Shown here: one piece after another, positions 14,309 to 26,460 of the stretch
Layout of the letters: the number at the start of each line of letters is the position of its first letter
How positions within the stretch are numbered: the first letter of the stretch is position 1
Assembly (NCBI GenBank): GCA_964016885.1
Contig: OZ024742.1
Location: 145,018,001-145,082,000 of the forward strand
Reading direction: 5' to 3'
Source: Eledone cirrhosa
Taxonomy: Eukaryota
DNA: 64,000 nt
Made by a program: the position numbers and the translations under genes
Notes under the pieces: generated by a model
Database searches by the model: none
Seen by the model: only the letters and a program-made list of their open reading frames with translations
What the model was told of the DNA's origin: nothing

Positions 14309-15412
14309 GCAATGTCGTAATTCCTCATTCAATGACAAGACATACAGATCCTAATTCCTTAGTCATGTAGTTTGCAAGGAATTCTGAAGCCGCAAATTTA
14401 CTGCATCGTGTTACTTTGGAAGAATATGCAGGCATTCCCAGGTACCTCTGCTATATAAAGTAGTATACGTTAGGACTTTGTTGGGTATAAATAGCAGCCA
14501 AATTTCCTTCAAATCCCACCTTACTTTCTCAGATATGTATATATGTATGAAGCAAAAAGGAATGGTTCTATGTGATAACTCGATCTACTAGAAATATTAG
14601 CAAAATCCATTTCAAATCACAAACAACTGTCTTACACACATACATGTGTGTGTATGTACCTATGTATGTCACGTGAGCCACTATAACTGTTGGTATAGCT
14701 AATAGAAATAGAAAACGAATCTCCCTCAAACAAGATCCTACTGCCATAGAGGCAAAGATTGGTGAAAGCTACAGTGTACAAATTTAAATACACTTTCACC
14801 CGAATTACAGAAATGAGTAAGTAAATGCTTCATTCAATCATAAACCAATGCTAAATATATTTTATTATTTTATTTATGCCATGGATTGAGGGCGATTGAT
14901 TGGTGATTGATTGAGGGCGATTGATTGGCAGTATTGGTAGAGAGTCGGACGCCATGCTTTGACGTATAGAGTAATTGCTGGCCTTGTGCCAAAAGTAGAA
15001 ACAATCATTTTATTTATGGTTTTTTTTAAATTTCTTTACATGTTGTTTGAATTTCAGAAGTTCAGATTGAGCAAAAAAAAAAAAAAAAAAGAAAGAAAAG
15101 GATAAATAGAAAAAATCTAAATGTATTTTTTTTGGTCATGCCCTGACAACATACCTAATTAATGATTCATCTATGTGTAAAGCATTATATATGCTGACTT
15201 ATATATGCTGACTGAGTAAAGCATTATATATGCTGACTGTATTCAAGAAATCACCACTGGAAAAAACTAATATTTTTATCTAGATGATTTACTTTGACCA
15301 AAAGGCAATAAATATTCTGCTATAATTACTACTTTGGTTAAAATTCAGCAATCATATTTGAACGGTCAAATATTTTGTAATGTGTGCCAAATATATTGTA
15401 ACTTTCATAAAA

Positions 15413-15442
15413 TACCCGGGTATCACCGGGTAGTTCAGCTAG
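15413..15442 (+). mobile_element. Helitron 3' terminus (hairpin + CTAG, followed by T)
   Basis: TACCCGG-gtatca-CCGGGTA hairpin at 15413-15432, CTAG at 15439-15442, then T, downstream of the RepHel ORF. The 5' TC end was not located. Confidence 0.85.
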
Positions 15443-15500
15443 TATATATATATATATAATAAAAATATAATTTAAAAAAATTTCGCTCTACATGGCTGAA

Positions 15501-16042
15501 TACAATAAATGTAATCTGAGTTTTTCGAACATTAATAATAACATTCGATTCGTTTGCAATTATGCAAACAAGCCTCATTTTTAAAGCCATCTCAGTAGAA
15601 TGAATCCTTCATTCTTGCTCTTGTGTTGGCATGCGAACAGAACTGCAGACACTAATGTTTCTGGGTATCACCCTTCATCAGTACAGCTCACTGTTCACCT
15701 GCCAAACTGTCAGAGCTACTGAAAATATATGCTATTTTCTAAAATATACAGTGACTGATCGGCCTGATTTGCATATTAGCAGACTGGCTGATCAGTCAGA
15801 TCTGCATATTAGGAGATCCACTGATCAGCCAGATTTGCATATAAACAGACTGGCCAGTCAGTTTCTTGTATACGAGCGATAAAGGGCCACATTAGTGTCT
15901 GCAGTTCTGTTTACATGCCAACACAAGAGCAAGAATGAAGGGTTCATTCTACTGACATGGCTTTAAAAATGAGGCTTGTTTGCATAATTGCAAACGAATC
16001 GAATGTTGTTATTAATATTCGAAAACTCAGATTATATTTATT
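15501..16042. mobile_element. MITE-like/foldback element with ~155-bp terminal inverted repeats and internal ~33-bp tandem repeats
   Basis: 15501-15658 is the reverse complement of ~15889-16042; three ctgatc..gatttgcatat..agac repeats at ~15753-15860; (TA)n nearby on both sides. Confidence 0.75.
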
Positions 16043-16070
16043 ATATATATATATATATGTATATATATAT

Positions 16071-17930
16071 TGGAATAAATGCTCTGAAATAGCGATATAT
16101 ATGTGAATATAGACATAGAATATTCGAAAATATTCTGTATGTTTATAATAAACATTTTGAAGACCTAATCGCTATAGAATAGAATACGTCACGTATTACA
16201 ATTAGATTCTCGATAAAAGCAAGGGAAGTAATCTACGCGTTTCATTCTCGTTAGAAATCATCAGGACTACATATCCAGTGCTTTTATCGAGAATGACACA
16301 GCTAGAGACTTATAGAATACTTAGCTGTGTACAGGAACTGATTTGAAAGAGCGGTTGCCGGTCCGGCAGAAATTAGAAATTGGAATAAATGCTCTGAAAT
16401 AGCGATATATATGTGAATATAGACATAGAATATTCGAAAATATTCTGTATGTTTATAATAAACATTTTGAAGACCTAATCGCTATAGAATAGAATACGTC
16501 ACGTATTACAATTAGATTCTCGATAAAAGCAAGGGAAGTAATCTACGCGTTTCATTCTCGTTAGAAATCATCAGGACTACATATCCAGTGCTTTTATCGA
16601 GAATGACACAGCTAGAGACTTATAGAATACTTAGCTGTGTACAGGAACTGGTTTGAAAGAGCGGTTGCCGGTCCGGCAGAAATTAGAAATTGGAATAAAT
16701 GCTCTGAAATAGCGATATATATGTGAATATAGACATAGAATATTCGAAAATATTCTGTATGTTTATAATAAACATTTTGAAGACCTAATCGCTATAGAAT
16801 AGAATACGTCACGTATTACAATTAGATTCTCGATAAAAGCAAGGGAAGTAATCTACGCGTTTCATTCTCGTTAGAAATCATCAGGACTACATATCCAGTG
16901 CTTTTATCGAGAATGACACAGCTAGAGACTTATAGAATACTTAGCTGTGTACAGGAACTGGTTTGAAAGAGCGGTTGCCGGTCCGGCAGAAATTAGAAAT
17001 TGGAATAAATGCTCTGAAATAGCGATATATATGTGAATATAGACATAGAATATTCGAAAATATTCTGTATGTTTATAATAAACATTTTGAAGACCTAATC
17101 GCTATAGAATAGAATACGTCACGTATTACAATTAGATTCTCGATAAAAGCAAGGGAAGTAATCTACGCGTTTCATTCTCGTTAGAAATCATCAGGACTAC
17201 ATATCCAGTGCTTTTATCGAGAATGACACAGCTAGAGACTTATAGAATACTTAGCTGTGTACAGGAACTGGTTTGAAAGAGCGGTTGCCGGTCCGGCAGA
17301 AATTAGAAATTGGAATAAATGCTCTGAAATAGCGATATATATGTGAATATAGACATAGAATATTCGAAAATATTCTGTATGTTTATAATAAACATTTTGA
17401 AGACCTAATCGCTATAGAATAGAATACGTCACGTATTACAATTAGATTCTCGATAAAAGCAAGGGAAGTAATCTACGCGTTTCATTCTCGTTAGAAATCA
17501 TCAGGACTACATATCCAGTGCTTTTATCGAGAATGACACAGCTAGAGACTTATAGAATACTTAGCTGTGTACAGGAACTGGTTTGAAAGAGCGGTTGCCG
17601 GTCCGGCAGAAATTAGAAATTGGAATAAATGCTCTGAAATAGCGATATATATGTGAATATAGACATAGAATATTCGAAAATATTCTGTATGTTTATAATA
17701 AACATTTTGAAGACCTAATCGCTATAGAATAGAATACGTCACGTATTACAATTAGATTCTCGATAAAAGCAAGGGAAGTAATCTACGCGTTTCATTCTCG
17801 TTAGAAATCATCAGGACTACATATCCAGTGCTTTTATCGAGAATGACACAGCTAGAGACTTATAGAATACTTAGCTGTGTACAGGAACTGGTTTGAAAGA
17901 GCGGTTGCCGGTCCGGCAGAAATTAGAAAT
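16071..17930 (-). repeat. Left arm: six exact 310-bp tandem units, each with an HHR on the minus strand (retrozyme-like array)
   Basis: tggaataaatgctctg starts at 16071, 16381, 16691, 17001, 17311 and 17621; HHRs at 16228-16270 + n*310. Confidence 0.96.
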
Positions 17931-19886
17931 TGTAATACGTGACGTATTCTATTCTATAGCGATTAGGTCTTCAAAATGTTTATTATAAACATACAGAATA
18001 TTTTCGAATATTCTATGTCTATATTCACATATATATCGCTATTTCAGAGCATTTATTCCAATTTCTAATTTCTGCCGGACCGGCAACCGCTCTTTCAAAC
18101 CAGTTCCTGTACACAGCTAAGTATTCTATAAGTCTCTAGCTGTGTCATTCTCGATAAAAGCACTGGATATGTAGTCCTGATGATTTCTAACGAGAATGAA
18201 ACGCGTAGATTACTTCCCTTGCTTTTATCGAGAATCTAATTGTAATACGTGACGTATTCTATTCTATAGCGATTAGGTCTTCAAAATGTTTATTATAAAC
18301 ATACAGAATATTTTCGAATATTCTATGTCTATATTCACATATATATCGCTATTTCAGAGCATTTATTCCAATTTCTAATTTCTGCCGGACCGGCAACCGC
18401 TCTTTCAAACCAGTTCCTGTACACAGCTAAGTATTCTATAAGTCTCTAGCTGTGTCATTCTCGATAAAAGCACTGGATATGTAGTCCTGATGATTTCTAA
18501 CGAGAATGAAACGCGTAGATTACTTCCCTTGCTTTTATCGAGAATCTAATTGTAATACGTGACGTATTCTATTCTATAGCGATTAGGTCTTCAAAATGTT
18601 TATTATAAACATACAGAATATTTTCGAATATTCTATGTCTATATTCACATATATATCGCTATTTCAGAGCATTTATTCCAATTTCTAATTTCTGCCGGAC
18701 CGGCAACCGCTCTTTCAAACCAGTTCCTGTACACAGCTAAGTATTCTATAAGTCTCTAGCTGTGTCATTCTCGATAAAAGCACTGGATATGTAGTCCTGA
18801 TGATTTCTAACGAGAATGAAACGCGTAGATTACTTCCCTTGCTTTTATCGAGAATCTAATTGTAATACGTGACGTATTCTATTCTATAGCGATTAGGTCT
18901 TCAAAATGTTTATTATAAACATACAGAATATTTTCGAATATTCTATGTCTATATTCACATATATATCGCTATTTCAGAGCATTTATTCCAATTTCTAATT
19001 TCTGCCGGACCGGCAACCGCTCTTTCAAACCAGTTCCTGTACACAGCTAAGTATTCTATAAGTCTCTAGCTGTGTCATTCTCGATAAAAGCACTGGATAT
19101 GTAGTCCTGATGATTTCTAACGAGAATGAAACGCGTAGATTACTTCCCTTGCTTTTATCGAGAATCTAATTGTAATACGTGACGTATTCTATTCTATAGC
19201 GATTAGGTCTTCAAAATGTTTATTATAAACATACAGAATATTTTCGAATATTCTATGTCTATATTCACATATATATCGCTATTTCAGAGCATTTATTCCA
19301 ATTTCTAATTTCTGCCGGACCGGCAACCGCTCTTTCAAACCAGTTCCTGTACACAGCTAAGTATTCTATAAGTCTCTAGCTGTGTCATTCTCGATAAAAG
19401 CACTGGATATGTAGTCCTGATGATTTCTAACGAGAATGAAACGCGTAGATTACTTCCCTTGCTTTTATCGAGAATCTAATTGTAATACGTGACGTATTCT
19501 ATTCTATAGCGATTAGGTCTTCAAAATGTTTATTATAAACATACAGAATATTTTCGAATATTCTATGTCTATATTCACATATATATCGCTATTTCAGAGC
19601 ATTTATTCCAATTTCTAATTTCTGCCGGACCGGCAACCGCTCTTTCAAACCAGTTCCTGTACACAGCTAAGTATTCTATAAGTCTCTAGCTGTGTCATTC
19701 TCGATAAAAGCACTGGATATGTAGTCCTGATGATTTCTAACGAGAATGAAACGCGTAGATTACTTCCCTTGCTTTTATCGAGAATCTAATTGTAATACGT
19801 GACGTATTCTATTCTATAGCGATTAGGTCTTCAAAATGTTTATTATAAACATACAGAATATTTTCGAATATTCTATGTCTATATTC
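17931..19886 (+). repeat. Right arm: ~6.3 tandem 310-bp units, inverted relative to the left arm, HHR on the plus strand
   Basis: tgtaatacgtgacg starts at 17931, 18241, 18551, 18861, 19171, 19481 and 19791; HHRs at 18171-18213 + n*310; junction microhomology AATTG at 17928-17932. Confidence 0.96.
18171..18213 (+). ncRNA. Type I hammerhead ribozyme (representative of 12 copies in 16071-19886)
   Basis: GTAGTC-CTGATGA-T-TTCT-AACG-AGAA-T-GAAA-CGCG-TA-GATTAC: intact CUGAUGA/GAAA core, GUA site, palindromic helix III ACGCGT. Helix I is extended past an internal loop by ATTCTCGATAAAAGCA/TGCTTTTATCGAGAAT. Confidence 0.92.
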
Positions 19887-19900
19887 TCGTATATATATAT

Positions 19901-20672
19901 ATTTCGTTTCTGAATTTGTTTAGCAAGATTCTTTATCTGAAAACGTGTGTTGAAACCGATATTGTTATAGTTTGGGAGGGTCATGTTGCCAATAAGAAAC
20001 ACACGCACCAGTTGCTTTCACTCCAATTTATTATAAATTAAATTAAATTATAATTAAATTATAAATTATATAATTAAATTATAAATTAAATTATAATTTG
20101 ATGTTAAATTAGAACATAAGGGCAAATTAGAGAACATAGAAATAAAAATAAAATCTACACACAGAAAAGACGCAATGTTTAGACAAATCACAGAGGCAAT
20201 AAACATAAATGAACTCCAACCAAAATTAAATAGAAAACATGAATGGAATAGCAACATCACAACTTACAATTAAGGACAAAATGAAACACACGCACACATA
20301 GAACAAACAACCAACTAGTAACATTTAAATAAACAAATAAATAAACAAATAAAAACACACACAGACACCCGGATGTAACACATGCGCAAACTAAACACAC
20401 AACACACACACAAAAACAAGATGGCGTATGACAGAACAAAGGAGAGGCACAAAACAAAGAAAAGAATCCCCAGTCACTGAAGAGGTCACAGAATGTGTGA
20501 CGAAAGAACTTTGACAATATATGAACAACCGTCCGGTTGTGGAACCAACCAACCAACCGGAAATTTATTAATTTTTTTTTAATTTATAATTTAATTTATA
20601 ATAAATTGGAGAGAAAGCAACTGGTGCGTGTGTTTCGTATTGGCAACATGACCCTCCCAAAGTCTAACAATA
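19901..20672 (+). mobile_element. 5'-truncated Neptune-like PLE copy (end of GIY-YIG + 3' UTR + HHR) preceded by an inverted copy of its own 3' end
   Basis: 20110-20272 encodes ...[27 protein letters not shown], matching the end of the 41486 ORF; 19901-20035 is the reverse complement of the 3' terminus (cf. 45105-45233); HHR at 20472-20516. Confidence 0.9.
20472..20516 (+). ncRNA. Type I hammerhead ribozyme in PLE 3' UTR
   Basis: GTCA-CTGAAGA-G-GTCACA-GAATG-TGTGAC-GAAA-GAAC-TT-TGAC. Confidence 0.8.
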
Positions 20673-20787
20673 TATATATATGTGTGTGTGTGTATGTATA
20701 CATGTATATATATATGTGTGTGTGTGTATATATATATATGTGTGTGTGTGTTTGTGTGTGTGTGTGTCTATCTATCTATATATATAG

Positions 20788-20822
<35 letters not shown>

Positions 20823-20831
20823 CACACACAA

Positions 20832-20885
<54 letters not shown>

Positions 20886-21320
20886 GAGAAAGCTTTTTAG
20901 CGATACTCCGGCCAAATTCCAACTCACTCAACAAACATTAGGAAATAAGTGATTATATTTCCAATGCGTTCGGGGTGCTAACTAAAAGTATTGCGTGGAG
21001 AATTGGCTGTATTATTTCATATGAGACATATCTAATATATCTAGTGGTGAAGGTGGTGTACACATATATATATATATATATATATACACCACCTTCACCA
21101 CTAATTGATTTGACAGATGTCTTTAACCCATTGATACCAAATATTATACCACTGATTCCAGCTATTTGCACTATTGTATATTTTGGTTTCTATTAATTCC
21201 CTGGAGAATTGGTTGACCAAACGCTTTGCTTAATTGTTTTATTTATTTATTTTTATAATTTTATTCTTTCTCTTAGATTGCAGGTATTTTTGAAAGCAAA
21301 GCATTGACCCCTAAAATACT

Positions 21321-21414
21321 ACAGTGGGCTCTGCAATGCTACTGTGAGCTCTGGCAATACTACTGTGGGCCCCCTGGGGCCCACATGCCACTGGGCAACC
21401 TGGCCAGTCCACCA

Positions 21415-21417
<3 letters not shown>
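21321..21417. mobile_element. Small MITE-like element with CAGTGG...CCACTG termini
   Basis: ta-cagtggg at the start, ccactg-ta at the end; ~100 bp GC-rich island. Confidence 0.45.
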
Positions 21418-21479
<62 letters not shown>

Positions 21480-21589
21480 CGTATATATATATAAACGTAT
21501 ATATATATATATATACGTTTGTGTTGATATGTATGTTGATATATACATATGTGTGTACATATATATGTATATATGTGTGTGTATATATG

Positions 21590-21639
<50 letters not shown>

Positions 21640-21640
<1 letters not shown>

Positions 21641-21852
21641 CGATCGACTTTCGTCAAATCGGACCGAGGGAACAATGTTTCCGTTGATCTTTCCAATTGC
21701 TAATACTATCTATCGGTCGCAACTCCAGGTAGAAGGAGCAACGTGAAATAAAGTGTCTTGCTCAAGGACATAACGCATCGCCTGGTCCAGGAATCGAACT
21801 CACAACCTTACGATTGCGAATCCAATTCTCTAACCACTCAGCCACACGCCTT

Positions 21853-21854
<2 letters not shown>
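21640..21854 (-). mobile_element. tRNA-derived SINE, family B
   Basis: Reverse complement has A box TGGCTGAGTGG, B box GAGTTCGATTCC, a gtccttgagcaagacact core and an A tail. Confidence 0.85.
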
Positions 21855-21912
<58 letters not shown>

Positions 21913-21940
21913 CACACACACACACACACACACACGAGTT

Positions 21941-22249
21941 TGCAACTGATTTAAATAGCTCCCTTCCTGAATCTTTGATCGCGAGTCAAGCATGGTCGAG
22001 ACTTCGGCAGCTAAATCGACTTCCCTGCCAGACCCTGGTCTGGTGAGGGGGGTAAGTTGAACCCCTCAAGAGCAGATGAATTCCTCAGTGTCAACGGCCA
22101 TCAACACCACCTATGGGTTTAATAACCTCACTAACCTGCAATTGGCCAAGTGTGGTGTGTACGGCGATACGCCTGACATAATCAAACCAAAAGCAGTGGG
22201 GGTCAACCCAGGAAGGGTTCCTCCAAAAGGAGTGAAAAGGCACTGGATT

Positions 22250-22251
<2 letters not shown>
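21941..22251 (+). mobile_element. Non-coding retroelement leader-like fragment homologous to 46680-46870 (minus strand)
   Basis: Shares catggtcg.gac...ggc..ctaaa, tggtgagg.gggt and gtcaa.ggccatc with the 46261-46870 element; flanked by (CA)n and (TA)n. Confidence 0.55.
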
Positions 22252-22340
<89 letters not shown>

Positions 22341-22344
<4 letters not shown>

Positions 22345-22560
22345 AAGCGTGTAGCTGAGTGGTTAGAGAATTGGATTCGCAATCGTGAAGTTGTGAGTTC
22401 GATTCCTGGACCAGGCGATGCGTTATGTCCTTGAGCAAGACACTTTATTTCACGTTGCTCCTTCTACCTGGAGTTGCGACCGATAGATAGTATTAGCAAT
22501 TGGAAAGACCAACGGAAACATTGTTTCCTCGGTCCGATTTGACGAAAGTCGATCGCTAGA
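22341..22560 (+). mobile_element. tRNA-derived SINE, family B (inverted twin of 21640-21854)
   Basis: A box TAGCTGAGTGG, B box GAGTTCGATTCC; near-identical reverse complement of 21640-21854. Confidence 0.85.
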
Positions 22561-22562
22561 AA

Positions 22563-22593
<31 letters not shown>

Positions 22594-23274
22594 GGGGGGG
22601 GGGGGGGGTAAGATGTTTCTGTATTTTGCTCGGATCTTAGTATATATGGATTCACGTCTATATACTGGAACGCAGCTTAATGAAAATCTTCCATTAACCA
22701 TATCCTTCACATTTCATCTGTTGAAACGGGTGTAAGATGAATAAAAGTACCTTAAATTCCTTCTGAATTCCCGAATTTATTATTTCAATACTCCGTATAC
22801 TCTACACTCATTAAATAATCTGGATGTTTTAATTCTTGATTTCGTTTGGATTGCACCTTTGATGAATATATTCGTTCATTTTGAACCACATTGAGTTTGA
22901 AACTTGGCATGACTTTACCAACTTGAACTTTCAACCAACATCCCCTTGTTATATATATACTATAATGCTTTTTAACACGCTGATGCATATGTGTATTGCA
23001 ATGTATTCCTTAAATATGGCATCGATGCCCAATACGTGTCTCTATAGCCGGCTTACGTCACAAGATCATGACACAAGAGATTCGATGGCCTTATCATGTG
23101 TAATTAACATAAAGATGTTCAAGATTTAATAATCAATTACCAAAGGCGATCCATCGATCGGTGCGATCACTGTGTCAGTCGTATTTCACCACGAATAAAG
23201 TATTTAACCCCGTTCCTGCACCAACCACGAGATACCACATATATGATGGATGATACGTATAGCGTCGAGTGCTT

Positions 23275-23530
23275 TTTATTTTGTCCTACACCATCTTGTT
23301 TTTGTGTCAAACACAAAACCAAGATAGTGTAGGACAAAACAAAGGAGAGATACACAAAATAAAAACCGACTCACTAAGGAGGTCACAGAATGTGTGACGA
23401 AAGAGCTTTGACAATATATAAACAACCTTCCGGTTATCGAACCAACCAACCGGAAATTTATAATAAATTGAAGTGAAAACCAACAGGTGCGTGTGTTTTT
23501 ATTGGCAACATGACCCTCCAAAAGTATAAA
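23275..23530 (+). mobile_element. Diverged Neptune-like 3' UTR fragment with a short 5' inversion and a degenerate HHR
   Basis: 23278-23340 is a hairpin; CTAAGGA-G-GTCACA..TGTGAC-GAAA-GAGCTT at ~23370-23412; ends in atgaccctccaaaagtataa followed by TA. Confidence 0.75.
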
Positions 23531-23555
23531 CCATGTATATATATATATGTGTGTG

Positions 23556-23586
<31 letters not shown>

Positions 23587-24389
23587 TTTTTTTTTTTTTG
23601 TGGTTAATTATGCTGATTGGGAGGAGAAATACTGTATATATTTTATCAAATGATTCTATGGACTTACTTTCTTATATATTGCTCTGATTGTTGATTATTT
23701 AATTAATTAATTCGTCATTGAGCCACACCGTGATGGTTGCCAAAAACACATATATATATATATATATATCTGGCTCTGTTTAGTTTATGTATATGTAAAC
23801 CTATATATTTTATATACTCCCGTATGGTCGAGTAAAAATTTAGGCAGTACTCGGCTGCGCTTTCTAACAACCAGCCTACTCGCCGTCAGGCACCAATCAC
23901 AAGCTTTCTAACTTGACCACTGGCCATGTGACAGTTCTTAGCCATTTTGAATTCGTTTCTGGCGGGGATCATTTAAGAAAAATCTTTGTCCAATTCAGTT
24001 TGTTTCCTGATGATTTCGAAACTCGTGAATTTATCCATGATCGGATATTTCCAAAAAGCGAATGAAACCTCATGGGGTAGAAATATAATTTTGGTATGTT
24101 TATGTACATTTTTTCTTCTAACTTTGATTTTGTACCTAATTGTGTATGGTTGGCTATATTTCTAATCAATTTCTACGGGCTATTAGAAATACTAGGTAAA
24201 TCTTCTGTGGCTGTTGTTCGCGGATAAAATAGCTATCATTTATTTATCTATTGTTTCTTCATAGGTACATTTTAAACTTATAGCCTCGTTGATTTTTTTT
24301 GTGTGGTTAATTATGGTGATTGGGAGGAGAAATACTGTATATATTTTATCAAATGATTCTATGGACTTACTTTCTTATATATATATATA

Positions 24390-24439
<50 letters not shown>

Positions 24440-24451
24440 TATATATATATC

Positions 24452-24880
24452 ATTGCTGTAGTGGAGTCTGTGCTGCTGTACGGGTCTGAGACTTGGACAC
24501 TGACCAAGAAACTCACTCAGATGGTGGATGGGTGCTACACGAGAATGTGAGGATGTCTCTGAACATTAATCAGTATACACGGAGGATGAAAAAGTCAGAG
24601 TTGTATGGGAGCCTCCCAAAAGTCAGCTCAAAAGTGACACAGAGGAGATTGAGGTTAGCTGGACATGCTCACCGATATCCAGAGTTGACATTGCACTCAG
24701 TGCTCCTGTGGGAGCCCCTACATGGACACACTGGAAGAGGAAGACCAAGGTTAACGTATGTTGATGCCCTAAGGACAGAGACTGGTCTGTTGGAGACGCA
24801 GGACATGGCAGCGATAATGAGGGACAGAGACCGCTGGAGAGAACTCGTCCATGAATCTCGGGAATTTTACCCGCCCTAGA
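24452..24880 (+). mobile_element. 3' fragment of an RTE-like LINE inserted in (TA)n
   Basis: LLYGSETWTLTK, then ...ELYGSLPKVS..RRLRLAGH..VLLWEP.HG..GRGRPRLTYVD...DRDRWR. Confidence 0.8.
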
Positions 24881-25770
24881 AATATATATATATATATATA
24901 ACGATTAACTGATTAATTTAATTAAATGATTCTATTGATTGATTAATTGTTTATGTTTATTTGATAACTTCTGGTTGAGTGCTTAATTCGATTTGTCTAA
25001 AGGAATTTAATTCCTTTGTCTCAAATTTGAATTCACCGCCAAAGCGGGGGTTCCCTCCCTTGGAGAAAACCACGTGTCCATAGCGAAATTCACTGCTAGA
25101 ACATACCCGCAGAGGCTAAAGAACACAAGACTTGCTGAAGAAGTAAATCCTTTGTTCTGTCGTCAAAAACCATTAACTTGCAGACCCCTGCAAGCGGAAT
25201 TCGTCGATCTTGGATTTGCAGAAACCTAGCGCTGATGATGTGTGCTGTATGTGATGTATATCGTGTGCTATACGATATGAATTATATATTGCATTTGGTC
25301 CCAGCGTTCTCTCCAGGTCAGTCTAAAATCTTTTCCTGAGTCCTGTATTTTCGTTGCTGTGGTAATGCGGCTGGACTGCCGATCGCTATATTTGATTTGC
25401 TAAGCTATCTAAACGTATTGTTATTACTCTGGGGTACTATTCCCATTCGAGTGCTAAAGCTACATACCGAATTTGCATTCGTTAGCTTGGCCGCAAACTA
25501 AAGCTTCGTTAATGCTGTACTAAAATGTGTATATATATATATATATATATACAATATGTATATATACATATATATACAATATATATATACAATATATATA
25601 TATATACGATATATATATATACATATGTATGTATGTGTGTGCGTGTGTGTGCGCGTGCGTGTACTAATCGCTACCGAAATTCCAATTTTAACCCTCTAAC
25701 ACCTAATCTACTCCCAAAAATAGTGTCTCCACAAACTTACTTCCCAAATAAACCGACAAGTTTACAAAGA

Positions 25771-26034
25771 TATTGAGCAAGTTTGAAAATTTGAAATGTA
25801 TTTGCCTTTCTAATGAAAAGCCGTCACAATGAATATATTACCTATGAAATAGACGAATAAATCTAGTAAATTACCCTTGGGGACGGAAAAAAAGTAGACA
25901 GAGACGCCTACAGCCCTGTTCACCTTTTCTTCATATCCAACGGTAATTTACTAGATTTATTCGACTATTTTACAGTTAATGTATTCTTTATGGCACACGT
26001 ATAAAATCAAATGAGTTTTAAATTTGCTCCAATA
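25771..26034. mobile_element. Degenerate foldback/MITE
   Basis: aatag.cgaataaatctagtaaattacc (25848) pairs with ggtaatttactagatttattcg.ctatt (25941); weaker outer inverted match. Confidence 0.5.
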
Positions 26035-26460
26035 TGTTTTACACACCTACACCCAAATGCCATTTAAGAAAGAAATCATTCAACCATAACTAATGCCATT
26101 ACACATACACAAATACAAAGCAATATCAAGCAGACTGACCACTCTCTCTTTACAAGAAATAAATACACACTAATCCTATTTCAAAATACAAAGCTAACCA
26201 TATACCAAAGCTAACCATATACTTAACTAAACCTTCCCTCCCCCTTTCTGACAAGATCCTTTTCAAAATGACATTCATAAATATACATAACAAAAAACAC
26301 TATTTCTGATTTCCAGTTCAAACACAGTTATCGATAATTAAAAGAAACTTGTATTACAAGTAACTATCATTTATTAAGTGAAATTCCAAAGAAACAAGAC
26401 TCACTTAGCCATAATAAAGTTATGTATATATATATACACACATACACACACATATATATA

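Noticed and set aside
16071-19886. CRISPR array or rDNA/5S/tRNA tandem gene cluster
   Set aside because: Units are identical with no unique spacers, and there are no Pol III boxes or rRNA motifs; the HHR explains the structure.
22341-22415. Functional tRNA gene
   Set aside because: The A and B boxes run straight into a SINE core and tail, and the sequence is multicopy; it is a SINE head.
24005-24032. CTGATGA-TTTC-GAAA-CTCGTG hammerhead-like string
   Set aside because: No helix II, no valid NUH site and only a 3-bp helix I; probably chance or badly decayed.
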